Positions 39,539 through 49,070 of a stretch of DNA of 64,000 nt are shown piece after piece. The stretch lies in the IMG/VR virus record IMGVR_UViG_3300031994_000044, positions 42,308 to 106,307 of that record; one strand, written 5' to 3'. The notes under the pieces are model-generated. The model was not told where the DNA came from. It saw nothing but the letters and a program-made list of their open reading frames with translations, and made no database searches. The stretch is from a virus (Duplodnaviria > Caudoviricetes). The translations under genes and the position numbers were made by a program. Position 1 is the stretch's first letter, and each line of letters begins with the position of its first letter.

Positions 39539-41065
39539 TTAAAAATTTTTATTTGGCTTTATTACGCCGACAAAATTACCCTCTATATTTTTCTCATTAT
39601 CAGCCATTTGCTTAGGACTTTCTATTTTTGAATTTACTTCTCTGAATAATTTTGTTCGTTGTTTTTCTTGAAGGTCGGCAAGATGTTCCTCAAAGACAAG
39701 CGTATCATCATATTCCTGTACTTCATCACACGAAATTGTGCTTGTACCGTTATCGAATTTAACATTGTTAAATATTTTTCCTGACCGTCCTGAACGGTTT
39801 TTAAGAACAGTAATGACTGCTTTGTTTTTATCTATATCACCAAGAGCTCTTGCTATTGATATTATCAATTGAGCGACATGGACTTTTTTGGCTGAACCAC
39901 TTGCTTGGTCCATTCTAACAACATCGGGACTATTCATACTATCCTTAGTTCCTTGAGTTGGAATCCATATGGCACAATTAAGTTCATGCGCCATATTTTC
40001 CAATTTTCTCATGGTTACGCCTTCACGAGTCCATTCAGTATCACTTGCATACCCGCCTTTTTCAGGTGCAAGACACTCGAAATAGTCTATTGAAATAAGG
40101 TCAGGTTTAAAGCCGCTATTAATCAGCCTTCTAACATAAATTTCTATATCACTTGCGGTTTTTGTGCCAGTTTTAAAATGCTTAAGCCTAAGATTGTTTG
40201 TCATGGCCTCTTTGTCCTTGAAGTTATTCAACCAACCTTCTATTTCATCCCTGTCTTGAGTTGAAAGACGTTTCATGTCTCTTGCTTCTCGCTTTGTAAT
40301 TCTTGAGTAATGCTTTCTTGTTACATCAACATCATCATCCTCAAAATATATCTGCAATACTTTATAACCTTGATTGTTATTCATATCACATTTAAAAGCA
40401 GAAGCATAAGCGCAAATAGCGGTAGTAAATGTTGTCTTACCAAAACCAGCGGGTGCAATGATAAGTCCTAATTTACCTTTATCCAGTCCACCACCAAGAA
40501 CATCGTCAAGAACACTAACACCTGTCGGTATTGATACTGTATAATCATTAGCCAAGGCTTTGTCCATCATTTCATAAATGTTATATCCAAAATCATCTTC
40601 TTGGCCGACCATCATGGCATCGTCTAACATTTTTTGGCATTCTTCATACCTATCAATATCACCCTTACCTGCGATTTCAAGAATTTTATTTGCAACTTTA
40701 ATTAAATTTTGCTGTTTAAAAAATCTTAAAGCAATGTCTTTTACAATTGTACATCCCTCATAACTTGTTTCAAATTTTAATTTTTTTATGAGAGCATTCC
40801 ACTCATCTATGTCATTTTGGGTTTTTGCCTTTTGATTTAGCAAAAACCCAATGACTTCATAAGACGGCATTACATTTTCATTCTTATAATAATCTTTTAT
40901 TGTTCCAACAAAAGTTCTAAGTAAAGAATCTGTAAATGCATTCTGGTCAACAATTGAGGACATTTCTTCAAAGAATTTAGGCTCTTCTACAAAAATTTTT
41001 ACAAGTTTGTATTGAAAATCTAAATCTAAGTAACCTAAGTTACTTTTATCCAATTGTTTACCCAT
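39539..41065 (-). CDS. dnaB: Replicative DnaB-like (gp41-like) helicase
   Basis: 'IPTG...LD..LGGGL.KG.LG.IIAPAGFGKTT', 'IDY', 'W.PTQ' and 'KNRSG'. Confidence 0.88.
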   Translation of the reverse strand: MGKQLDKSNLGYLDLDFQYKLVKIFVEEPKFFEEMSSIVDQNAFTDSLLRTFVGTIKDYYKNENVMPSYEVIGFLLNQKAKTQNDIDEWNALIKKLKFETSYEGCTIVKDIALRFFKQQNLIKVANKILEIAGKGDIDRYEECQKMLDDAMMVGQEDDFGYNIYEMMDKALANDYTVSIPTGVSVLDDVLGGGLDKGKLGLIIAPAGFGKTTFTTAICAYASAFKCDMNNNQGYKVLQIYFEDDDVDVTRKHYSRITKREARDMKRLSTQDRDEIEGWLNNFKDKEAMTNNLRLKHFKTGTKTASDIEIYVRRLINSGFKPDLISIDYFECLAPEKGGYASDTEWTREGVTMRKLENMAHELNCAIWIPTQGTKDSMNSPDVVRMDQASGSAKKVHVAQLIISIARALGDIDKNKAVITVLKNRSGRSGKIFNNVKFDNGTSTISCDEVQEYDDTLVFEEHLADLQEKQRTKLFREVNSKIESPKQMADNEKNIEGNFVGVIKPNKNF

Positions 41066-41077
41066 TAATTTGTTTTT

Positions 41078-41833
41078 TTAAATTATTCTATAAGATAACC
41101 TTTGTGAATCGTTATTCCATTCGGTAATAATGTCATCAGTATTGGTTATGTAGTCTTTGCTATCGGAATAACTGCAAGCATAACAAATTTGCTTGATTAA
41201 ACCATAAACAAGGTCGCTTTTGCCCTTTACCATCATGTAAAGAAGGTATTGCTCAAAGGACAAATGTTCAGTATCACCTGAAAACTTACCTCTCTTGTTC
41301 GATAAATCAATCTTGTCTCTCACAAATTTAGGATAGCAACCATCCCATGTTATTACGCAAACCTCACGGCCATCAACCTTGAACGCAAATTTATAATTAG
41401 ATTGATTAACTTCAGGTTTGAATTGAGAAAATTCACCTTCGTCAAACTTGTCTTCGAGTGCTCTAACTGTTTTGTCAGGACAAAGGACAAAATCAGTATT
41501 AGGATTATTTCTAACGATAAGACCCTCACCAATGGTCATATCTTTGAAATTTTCGTCCTTGGATACATATTCCTCCATTTCTTGTTGAGTTTCGAAAATT
41601 CTTGGGGCATATATTGACAGATAAACTTGACTCTTATCTTTCAAGTCCTGGTCAATAATTGCAGCACATTTTCTAATTGCACTTGTCAAATCATAGGAGC
41701 GCAATGAAACGGGATTAAAATTGTTAATTTTAAAATAGCGTTGGCAAATAATATTGCCGTCAGTTGTAAAAACGAACTCAAATCTTTCTTTATAATCTCT
41801 TTGAGTCTCAAATGGTTTTTTATTTTCCACCAT
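41078..41833 (-). CDS. Conserved hypothetical protein (helicase operon)
   Basis: 251-aa ORF with a promoter motif at 41890-41899. Confidence 0.7.
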   Translation of the reverse strand: MVENKKPFETQRDYKERFEFVFTTDGNIICQRYFKINNFNPVSLRSYDLTSAIRKCAAIIDQDLKDKSQVYLSIYAPRIFETQQEMEEYVSKDENFKDMTIGEGLIVRNNPNTDFVLCPDKTVRALEDKFDEGEFSQFKPEVNQSNYKFAFKVDGREVCVITWDGCYPKFVRDKIDLSNKRGKFSGDTEHLSFEQYLLYMMVKGKSDLVYGLIKQICYACSYSDSKDYITNTDDIITEWNNDSQRLSYRII

Positions 41834-41901
41834 AATTAAAAAATTTAAAAATTAAACATTGTTTTTAAAAAGTATTTACTGTTTTTCTTAATATACAAAA
41901 A

Positions 41902-43134
41902 TTATTTAGAATCTTCTAAAAATTTCTTTTTTTCTTTGTCTGCAAGTCTTTTAAAAGGTATAAAAAAGTTTGAGAATGAATTCATGGGCATTAAATCTTC
42001 AATCCCATCACGCTTAATCATTTCATATAAATTTTCAAAAGAACGTCCTTCTGGGTCCATTGGGGCATACATCATGGATTCAATATCCTCTTCAGCCCTT
42101 TTCGTGAGTAATGGATGTTTTAAATCTATTATTTTTTCGTTTATTTCATAAAAATCACCATCATATTCCTTATTGGATACACCATTTACTATATTTTCGT
42201 GCCATTGTAATGGTTTTTTCTTCTGTTCAATGCGTTCATTAATCAATTTTTGTGCTTTTTCTTTAACTTCGGCAATTGTAATTGGTCTTTCCGTCATTTC
42301 AGGCATTAATTCCATTAGCCTTGTTTCAGAAAGCCCCTTTATATTGCCTATATTATCAGATGTATCACCACATAATATTTTCTTTATAAGAACATTTTCT
42401 ACAGGATAACCTTTTATTTGTTTAAAATTCTTAATCGACAGGTATTTTTTTATTCTTCGGTCATAAACAGAGACTGTGGGTGATATTAATTGTGTTAAAT
42501 CTTGGTCGCTGCTTAAAATCACAATCCTTTCCTCAGGTTTTTTATGTAATATATAATAAGCAATAAAATCATCACCCTCTGTTTTGTCATTAAAAAGTAC
42601 TCTTATGAATAATTCTTCACAATATTGCATTATGATATTTCTAACACGCTCAAAATTCTCATCTTCAGCCTCTTTTTGCTTTTTTCTTTCTTCTTTTTTT
42701 GTTTTTTCCTCTTCTGAAAGTGATTCTTCCTTTTTTTTCTTTTTATTTTTATTATAAATTGCTTTTTCCATGCATTTTATTGTCTGATTTAACCTTTTCC
42801 AATAATCACTTTCCTCATTTTCTTCAATTATATGTTTTGCATAGTTCTTATCTCTATTTGCCTTGTATTCATTATAAAGATTATATCTTAAAATACCTGA
42901 ATCACTTGAATCAAAGGTGACGTATATGTAATCATAATCATAATCTTTCATCATGAGTTTGATTTGAAGAAAAAATTGAAAAATAGGACCATATAATTCT
43001 CCATCAGAATTGATTTTGTCATCAGCAAAGCATTGTTTCAATAAACTATTTCCGTCTATTAATAATGTATAGAACGGTTTTGCCGATAAATCAGGGTGTA
43101 TTTCTTTTATGTTTTGTCTTACAGGCTGTGCCAT
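41902..43134 (-). CDS. 5'-3' exonuclease / flap endonuclease (Pol I N-terminal / T4 RNase H-like)
   Basis: 'LLIDGNSL', 'YKANR', 'EGDDFIAY', 'SSDQDLTQL', 'GDTSDNI..IKGL'. Start MAQP at 43134. Confidence 0.9.
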   Translation of the reverse strand: MAQPVRQNIKEIHPDLSAKPFYTLLIDGNSLLKQCFADDKINSDGELYGPIFQFFLQIKLMMKDYDYDYIYVTFDSSDSGILRYNLYNEYKANRDKNYAKHIIEENEESDYWKRLNQTIKCMEKAIYNKNKKKKKEESLSEEEKTKKEERKKQKEAEDENFERVRNIIMQYCEELFIRVLFNDKTEGDDFIAYYILHKKPEERIVILSSDQDLTQLISPTVSVYDRRIKKYLSIKNFKQIKGYPVENVLIKKILCGDTSDNIGNIKGLSETRLMELMPEMTERPITIAEVKEKAQKLINERIEQKKKPLQWHENIVNGVSNKEYDGDFYEINEKIIDLKHPLLTKRAEEDIESMMYAPMDPEGRSFENLYEMIKRDGIEDLMPMNSFSNFFIPFKRLADKEKKKFLEDSK

Positions 43135-43180
43135 TATTTTTATTTCTTTGACTAAAATATACAAAATCTACCCCAAAAAA

Positions 43181-43972
43181 TCAAGGGCAAATATTGTTCC
43201 ATTTCTTCAAAATTTCTGTAATAATCGGGTTTCTAACAATATCTTCTTCGGTAAATTCAAGAAAGCCAATGTCTTCGATGTCTTTTAATTTTTCAAAAGC
43301 ATAGTCAAGGCCACATTTTTCTCCTGATTTCTTTATATCTTTTCTGTCAATTTGCATGTTATCGCCTAAAAATATCATTTTACTGTTTCTACCAATTCTT
43401 GTTAGTATCAAAAGTATTTCCTGTTTGTTGAAATTTTCAGATTCATCTATTATTATGATACTGTCATCAAATGTTTTTCCTCTTAAAAACGAAGCAGCCT
43501 CTTCCACTATAATATCATTTTTCAATAAATCAGTTAGAATATCTTTACTGTTAAAATTTCCACTGTCTTCAAAGATTTTTTCTATGGTAAATTCAATGGC
43601 ATCAAAGAATGGATGGATTTTTTCTTGCAAATCTCCTGGTAAGAAACCAATTTGCATTGAAGAAGACTCAACATTAGGACAACAAATTATAATCCTCTTA
43701 TATGGGCCATTTTTTAAAAGGTCAAGAGATGTATTTGCTGCTATGTACGATTTTCCTGTTCCTGCTGAACCTTGGCAAAACACAATTTGTTTATCTTTTA
43801 TTAAATTGTGTAATTCTTTTTGTTTCTGATTTTTACATTTTAATTTTAATTTAAAATCCAATAACTTTGAATTATTTAATAAACTTTCTTCTTTTTTTGG
43901 GTTCATTTTACTGTTAACAAATGCAAGCTCATCTTCATCCAATGATTCAACAAGTCTTTTCTTTTTAGCCAT
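43181..43972 (-). CDS. phoH: PhoH-family ATPase
   Basis: 'GSAGTGKS', 'GFLPGDL.EK', 'FLRGKTF', 'IIDE..N', 'LTRIG', 'GD..QID' and 'DIVRN'. Confidence 0.93.
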   Translation of the reverse strand: MAKKKRLVESLDEDELAFVNSKMNPKKEESLLNNSKLLDFKLKLKCKNQKQKELHNLIKDKQIVFCQGSAGTGKSYIAANTSLDLLKNGPYKRIIICCPNVESSSMQIGFLPGDLQEKIHPFFDAIEFTIEKIFEDSGNFNSKDILTDLLKNDIIVEEAASFLRGKTFDDSIIIIDESENFNKQEILLILTRIGRNSKMIFLGDNMQIDRKDIKKSGEKCGLDYAFEKLKDIEDIGFLEFTEEDIVRNPIITEILKKWNNICP

Positions 43973-43996
43973 AAAAATGTTTTTTTTTTATTATTA

Positions 43997-44026
43997 AAAA
44001 AGCACTACTATTCCTAGCAGTGCTTT
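43997..44026 (-). terminator. Hairpin upstream of phoH (terminator-like)
   Basis: AAAAAGCACTACTA-TTCC-TAGCAGTGCTTT. Confidence 0.55.
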
Positions 44027-44121
44027 GTATTATTCATTATATGAAAAATAAGAAAATCATTTTAAACTTTCGTCTTTATTAACATAAATAGTTGGTTGTT
44101 CTAAAAATTTCCGGATTTTTG

Positions 44122-45342
44122 TTAATATTCAACATCTTCTTCTGTTTCTTTGTAATCAATGTCTTCTTGTGTTAAATTATCATTTTGACCATTTTCTTTT
44201 GCCATCTTATTTAATTTTTCCAAAATAAAAGGTATCCTTTTTTTCTTATATTCATCAATATCTTCTTTTTCGGTTCCTATAATTCCAATATCTGTACAAA
44301 TAAATTCACCTTGATATGTCAAATTATATGGTGATGGCAATTGATTTTTTAATACTTTGATTTTGGTTTGTATTCCGTAATTATAATCAAGACCTTTTGA
44401 AGTTGCTGTTAACCTTTTTATACCAGCTTTTAATTGGCCGCCTAAAAGTATCACAAGTCTTGAACGGTATGTTATTGATTTACCACCTTTTAACTCTAAA
44501 CTAGGTGGGCCAACAGGATTTGTTGTTGAATCAAGCCACACTTTATTAATCACAATCATGGTATTGGTATACTTTGAGGATATTTTTCTTGATGATGGTA
44601 TTGAATTATCCATAATATCTTGAAAAGCAGCAGAAATTGTGCCAGCGTCAAACATATTATTACCTACTTTACTGTTATAAGATTTTAAACCACCAATACT
44701 ACCAACCGAATCCCATAAAAAAACAAGACCTTGTTGTATTTCGTCATTTGCTTGGTATTCAAGAAATTCGTTTATTGAATAAACCATATCCTCTATAACT
44801 GCTTTTGTCCTTTTTTTAGAACCGCGTTTTCCTGTTGAATAGTCTATGTCTCCATATCTATTAACTAAAATTGAATTATTAAAATAAAAGAATGGGCCTG
44901 TATACTCAATGATTCTATTTTCTTTTACGATTGAAACATCACCCGTTTCAGGGTCTATAACTTCAACATTAACATCGCCATAAACAGGTGTTGCATCCAT
45001 TCCCATATCTATAGCATATTTAAAATCAAAATTGTTTTCAGTATCATATATAACAGGTATCAAACCCTGTCTTTGTGCTGCTATGATTGCATGATTAATC
45101 AAAGTACTTTTGCCAGTCGAGGGCCACCCTACACAGCAGGACACATATCCTTGGGGCCATCCTGGAAGCTTTAAAGCATCTTGAAATGCCTTTGGCATAA
45201 TTAACCATTCCAATGGTTTATCTGCATTACTACTTCCTTGAACTTCGCCTTTTTCAAGCGAAACACTTAATCCCATTTTTTCTTTTAAATCAGAAATGGC
45301 GTTTTTCTTTTTTATAGGAGATTTTTTTTGTGGCTGTGCCAT
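44122..45342 (-). CDS. recA: RecA/UvsX-like recombinase
   Basis: Walker A 'GWPSTGKST', 'YDTEN', Walker B 'FLWDSVG', 'GG.SI.Y' and 'K.KV.KN'. Confidence 0.85.
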   Translation of the reverse strand: MAQPQKKSPIKKKNAISDLKEKMGLSVSLEKGEVQGSSNADKPLEWLIMPKAFQDALKLPGWPQGYVSCCVGWPSTGKSTLINHAIIAAQRQGLIPVIYDTENNFDFKYAIDMGMDATPVYGDVNVEVIDPETGDVSIVKENRIIEYTGPFFYFNNSILVNRYGDIDYSTGKRGSKKRTKAVIEDMVYSINEFLEYQANDEIQQGLVFLWDSVGSIGGLKSYNSKVGNNMFDAGTISAAFQDIMDNSIPSSRKISSKYTNTMIVINKVWLDSTTNPVGPPSLELKGGKSITYRSRLVILLGGQLKAGIKRLTATSKGLDYNYGIQTKIKVLKNQLPSPYNLTYQGEFICTDIGIIGTEKEDIDEYKKKRIPFILEKLNKMAKENGQNDNLTQEDIDYKETEEDVEY

Positions 45343-45375
45343 AATATCAAATTTTAATTTAAATTATTTTATTTA

Positions 45376-46002
45376 TCACTTATTACTTTCATACAAAGGA
45401 TTGTTTGTCTTTTCAAAATAGCATTTTCTGCATAAAGACACATATCTGTCATCGCCGCCAATTTCAATCTGTTCTCCATCGGTGACGATTTCGCCATCCT
45501 TATTTATTCTTGCGTTGAAAATTGTTTTACTGTTACAATAGCAACTTGATTTAATTTCTTCAAAACTATCAGCAATTTCAAACAATCTTTTTGAACCAGG
45601 AAACAATTGAGTTTTAAAATCAGTTCTTAAACCATAACATATAATATTAATACCGAAATTATCAGCAATTGCTCCTAATTCATCAACTTGTTTCTCAGTC
45701 AAAAATTGACATTCATCAATTAATATCCATTTAAGACCTTTTGCGCCATAAAACAAATCAGCATTAAGATATTTAGAAATCATTTCAAAGATATTATCTT
45801 CTGTAGAAATGCCAATACATTCAATGTCACCTATTGCACGTGAATGTATTATCTCTTCGCCATCTCTATTGTCTATTTTGCTTTTAAGAACAATAAAAGG
45901 TATTGAATGTGTTTTGAAATTATGTGCTGTAGCAATAAGGTGTAAACTTTTGCCTGAGGCCATTGTTCCAAATTTGAACAAAATCTTTCCGTGACAACAC
46001 AT
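45376..46002 (-). CDS. tdk: Thymidine kinase
   Basis: 'GTMASGKS', 'ILIDECQFL', 'YGLRTDF...LFPGS..L..IAD' and 'IGGDDRYVSLCRKCY'. Confidence 0.93.
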   Translation of the reverse strand: MCCHGKILFKFGTMASGKSLHLIATAHNFKTHSIPFIVLKSKIDNRDGEEIIHSRAIGDIECIGISTEDNIFEMISKYLNADLFYGAKGLKWILIDECQFLTEKQVDELGAIADNFGINIICYGLRTDFKTQLFPGSKRLFEIADSFEEIKSSCYCNSKTIFNARINKDGEIVTDGEQIEIGGDDRYVSLCRKCYFEKTNNPLYESNK

Positions 46003-46005
46003 ATA

Positions 46006-46995
46006 TTAATAAGGTAAATCGTCGTCGTTAATTTCCAAAGAACTAACAATTGACTTATTATTAGATTTTTCCAGTTCCTTAACTTGGTTTTCGGCATTTT
46101 TGATTTCATCATTAATGTCTTTGGTATTTGTACCATGTTCAGCCTCATATTCTTCCTTGTCAACCCAAACACCCTTTGATTTATCAAACCATGGAATTCT
46201 CATTTGTGCAACGAGATTAAGATATTCGTATGGTTTGCAGGTAAATACGTCTTGCCATTTTTTTTCGTCAAATATCCATTTCTTCATTTGTTCCTCATCT
46301 TCTGACAATGGGCTTCTATCACCGTCATCAATAATACTTGGTGCTGATTTTTCTGCTGAAGTAATTGTTACATTTAAATCACGGCCAGTGTAAATATCAA
46401 GAATGTTATTTTCTTTATTTTTCTTTTTGGCTTCTTCGTCTCTTAATTTAGCCAAATTCATAATTTGATTGTATGGGTCAGTTTTGTCTTTGGCTCTAAT
46501 ATTAAATTTCCAAAACTTAACGCCATCAGCTTCTTTTCCACGCTCAATGCATCTGACAATAACACCCTCTTGGCTCTTAAATGCAAGGGAAGCATCTTGT
46601 AATGCCTTCTTTTTAATCGGGTCAGTTTCTTTTGTTGATTCCAAATAAGCAGTGTAGTTCATTTCGCAAAATGGACATCTTGTACCATATTTTTCATGGT
46701 CAATTCCTTCTGTTTTATTTAGACAAATGTAGGATTTGTATGGCTTTTCGCCTGGTTTTACCATTTCTTGAGGCACTTTCACATTATGAATATGGATTTT
46801 GGCAAAGGGATTGCCTGTCTTTAAATCCATTGGTAATAACCTTATGGTAAGTGTTTTTTGGTCTTCTCCGTCAGAGAGCCTTACATTTAAATAGTTTTTA
46901 ACATCAAAACCTTCTTTTTTGGCTTTTTGTTCTTCTGTTTTTTCGTTTACGATTGAATCTAAACTAATGTTTGGTAATTCGATTAAGTTACCCAT
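46006..46995 (-). CDS. Single-stranded DNA-binding protein (T4 gp32-like)
   Basis: 'IRLLP', H...C...CPFC Zn site, 'GVKFWKF', 'GRDL', and acidic tail 'DDDLPY'. Confidence 0.8.
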   Translation of the reverse strand: MGNLIELPNISLDSIVNEKTEEQKAKKEGFDVKNYLNVRLSDGEDQKTLTIRLLPMDLKTGNPFAKIHIHNVKVPQEMVKPGEKPYKSYICLNKTEGIDHEKYGTRCPFCEMNYTAYLESTKETDPIKKKALQDASLAFKSQEGVIVRCIERGKEADGVKFWKFNIRAKDKTDPYNQIMNLAKLRDEEAKKKNKENNILDIYTGRDLNVTITSAEKSAPSIIDDGDRSPLSEDEEQMKKWIFDEKKWQDVFTCKPYEYLNLVAQMRIPWFDKSKGVWVDKEEYEAEHGTNTKDINDEIKNAENQVKELEKSNNKSIVSSLEINDDDLPY

Positions 46996-47104
46996 AAATT
47001 AAAAATTTTTTCATAAAATTATTATTAAAATTATTATTTGCCCATAAAAGCAAAAAATATATAAAATTCTTTCTATAAATATACAAAAAATATAACAAAA
47101 GTCA

Positions 47105-47140
47105 AAAAAATTGGGCCATTAAATAGCCTTAATAGCCCAA
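47105..47140 (-). terminator. Intrinsic terminator
   Basis: TTGGGCCATTAA-ATAGCC-TTAATAGCCCAA, preceded by an A-run on the + strand. Confidence 0.6.
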
Positions 47141-47977
47141 TTAATATCCAAATATATCTTTTAAATCCATTTTATTATTTGCAATTTCTTTTGCAATTGT
47201 GTTATAATCCACAAAATCATCAATATCACCTTTTGTTATTTTATATTGTGGGTCATCTGCTCCATTGTTATCTGACTCGTCACTATAATTTTCAGGCGCA
47301 TAATTGTTCATATACTCATTTGGTGTCATGGTATATGGCGATGATTTTGTTGAGCGCATTGTCAGCCTTTGTAATGGGGTCGGGTTTCTTTTCTCGATTT
47401 CACTCTTAAGACTTCCAAGGTATTGATTTGTATGCGCGTCAATATCATTGATACGTTTTTCAATATTGTCAATTGAAGAAATCACTTTTTCAAATTTAGA
47501 AGTTAATGCATCAACTTTTTTCTCTGTATCTTCTTGTGCGTCAGTTAAATCATCAATTTCGACAACATCATCTTCTGGACCAGGTACTTCAGGACCATTT
47601 GCTGCATTGGGGTCTTCGCCCATTGGCATATCAGCATCAGGACCGCCACCCATAGCATTGGGGTCGCCACCCATACCATCCATGGAAGCATTAGGGTCTG
47701 TGTTTTGTGGATTGAAACCTTGTGGTGCTTGCCCACCATCCATTGGCGCACCCGCATCAGGACCACCACCCATAGCATTGGGGTCGCCACCCATTGGCGC
47801 ACCCGCATCAGGACCACCACCCATAGCGTTAGGGTCGCCACCCATTGGCGCACCCGCATCAGGACTACCACCCATAGCGTTAGGGTCGTTTTCGTCCTCA
47901 GCAAGGTCAGTCGTTGTTACAACATATTCAACTAAATGTTTGAAATTACTTTTAATTTCATTAATGTTCTTAGTCAT
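47141..47977 (-). CDS. Hypothetical acidic protein with G/P/M-rich repeats (possible head scaffold/core protein)
   Basis: GGDPNAMGGGPDAGAPM repeats followed by a coiled coil; late motif upstream of the operon. Confidence 0.65.
   Translation of the reverse strand: MTKNINEIKSNFKHLVEYVVTTTDLAEDENDPNAMGGSPDAGAPMGGDPNAMGGGPDAGAPMGGDPNAMGGGPDAGAPMDGGQAPQGFNPQNTDPNASMDGMGGDPNAMGGGPDADMPMGEDPNAANGPEVPGPEDDVVEIDDLTDAQEDTEKKVDALTSKFEKVISSIDNIEKRINDIDAHTNQYLGSLKSEIEKRNPTPLQRLTMRSTKSSPYTMTPNEYMNNYAPENYSDESDNNGADDPQYKITKGDIDDFVDYNTIAKEIANNKMDLKDIFGY
47603..47888 (-). repeat. 51-bp coding tandem repeat (about 3 near-perfect copies plus degenerate copies)
   Basis: Unit ccattggcgcacccgcatcaggaccaccacccatagc(a/g)tt(g/a)gggtcgccac at 47740, 47791 and 47842. 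Confidence 0.9.
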
Positions 47978-48374
47978 TGAGCAATTGTCTGTTATCTTCG
48001 GTAAGAATTATTTTTGAGGATTCAGTTCTTTCGATTAAACCCTTGTCTTTTTTAATGACTTTTTTATTGTTTAATACATTAGCTACATTTTCAGCTGATG
48101 TGATTTGTTCTTCTGTTATCATGGCATTTTTATTTTTTCTGCTTTTATTCTTGTTTTTTTTTACTCCGTCTTCAATATTTTCTACCTTATCTTCAATAAC
48201 TTCTACTATTTCATTTTTAACGGTTTCTATTTTATTTTCATTTATTTCTTCTTTTTGCTTTGTTACGGGTTTTACTTCTGTTTTCTTATCCGTAACTTTT
48301 TTCACCCTATGAGGGGGCGTAATTTTATATGTTGGTCTTCCACACTTTTTAATTATTCTTCTAATTGATAACAT
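47970..48374 (-). CDS. Hypothetical K/E-rich protein
   Basis: 134-aa ORF with CTATTTAT at 48389-48396. Confidence 0.65.
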   Translation of the reverse strand: MLSIRRIIKKCGRPTYKITPPHRVKKVTDKKTEVKPVTKQKEEINENKIETVKNEIVEVIEDKVENIEDGVKKNKNKSRKNKNAMITEEQITSAENVANVLNNKKVIKKDKGLIERTESSKIILTEDNRQLLND

Positions 48375-48419
48375 ATTCTATTTTTTACATAAATAGTTTC
48401 TAATTTAAAAAACTACAAC

Positions 48420-49034
48420 TTATTGATTTTCTTTATTGTTTGAATATAAACAAGGTATTAAATAATTTTTTCCGATAAAAAGAGTCCTAATATTTAATGG
48501 TATCGAATCTTTATTTGTAATAACAGTGGTATTACTATATATGTTACTTAAAAAAAGTTTAACATTTTCACCGATGTATTGGATTTCCCTTAATGATATT
48601 CCATAAACAGTTTTATAACTATCATAAATATAAACCAAGCCATTGTTGATAAAAGATATTATCTCTTTTTGTTTATTGTGTATTAGATTGTTGATATATA
48701 GTATTTTATCTGAGCATAATCCTTCAGTTATTATATTAACATATTCATATTTTACTGTTTTTACAAGTTTTTCAACCACTTTTCCGACAAATTCTTTCAG
48801 CCTATCCTCGTAAACATTTCTTTTTTCGCGTGGTCCATATGTCCAATAAATATCCTTGTCAGCATCAACATCCATGCTTAATCTATTGAACTCAGGATAA
48901 TTTTTTTTAGTTAATTCAATACCGACACATAGGACAGGCAAATCCTTTATAAGTAGGCTCTTGTCATCAACCACATTGTAAAAAATATTATCAGTAAATA
49001 AATTTTTCGTTAAAATATTAGCAATTTTTCTCAT
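48420..49034 (-). CDS. Hypothetical protein
   Basis: 204-aa ORF with TTTGTATATT at 49054-49063. Confidence 0.7.
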   Translation of the reverse strand: MRKIANILTKNLFTDNIFYNVVDDKSLLIKDLPVLCVGIELTKKNYPEFNRLSMDVDADKDIYWTYGPREKRNVYEDRLKEFVGKVVEKLVKTVKYEYVNIITEGLCSDKILYINNLIHNKQKEIISFINNGLVYIYDSYKTVYGISLREIQYIGENVKLFLSNIYSNTTVITNKDSIPLNIRTLFIGKNYLIPCLYSNNKENQ

Positions 49035-49070
49035 TCTAAAGTTTTTATTAAATAATATACAAAAAATTCT

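Noticed and set aside
47603-47888. Possible CRISPR array
   Set aside because: The repeats are contiguous 51-bp in-frame coding units with no unique spacers and no cas genes.
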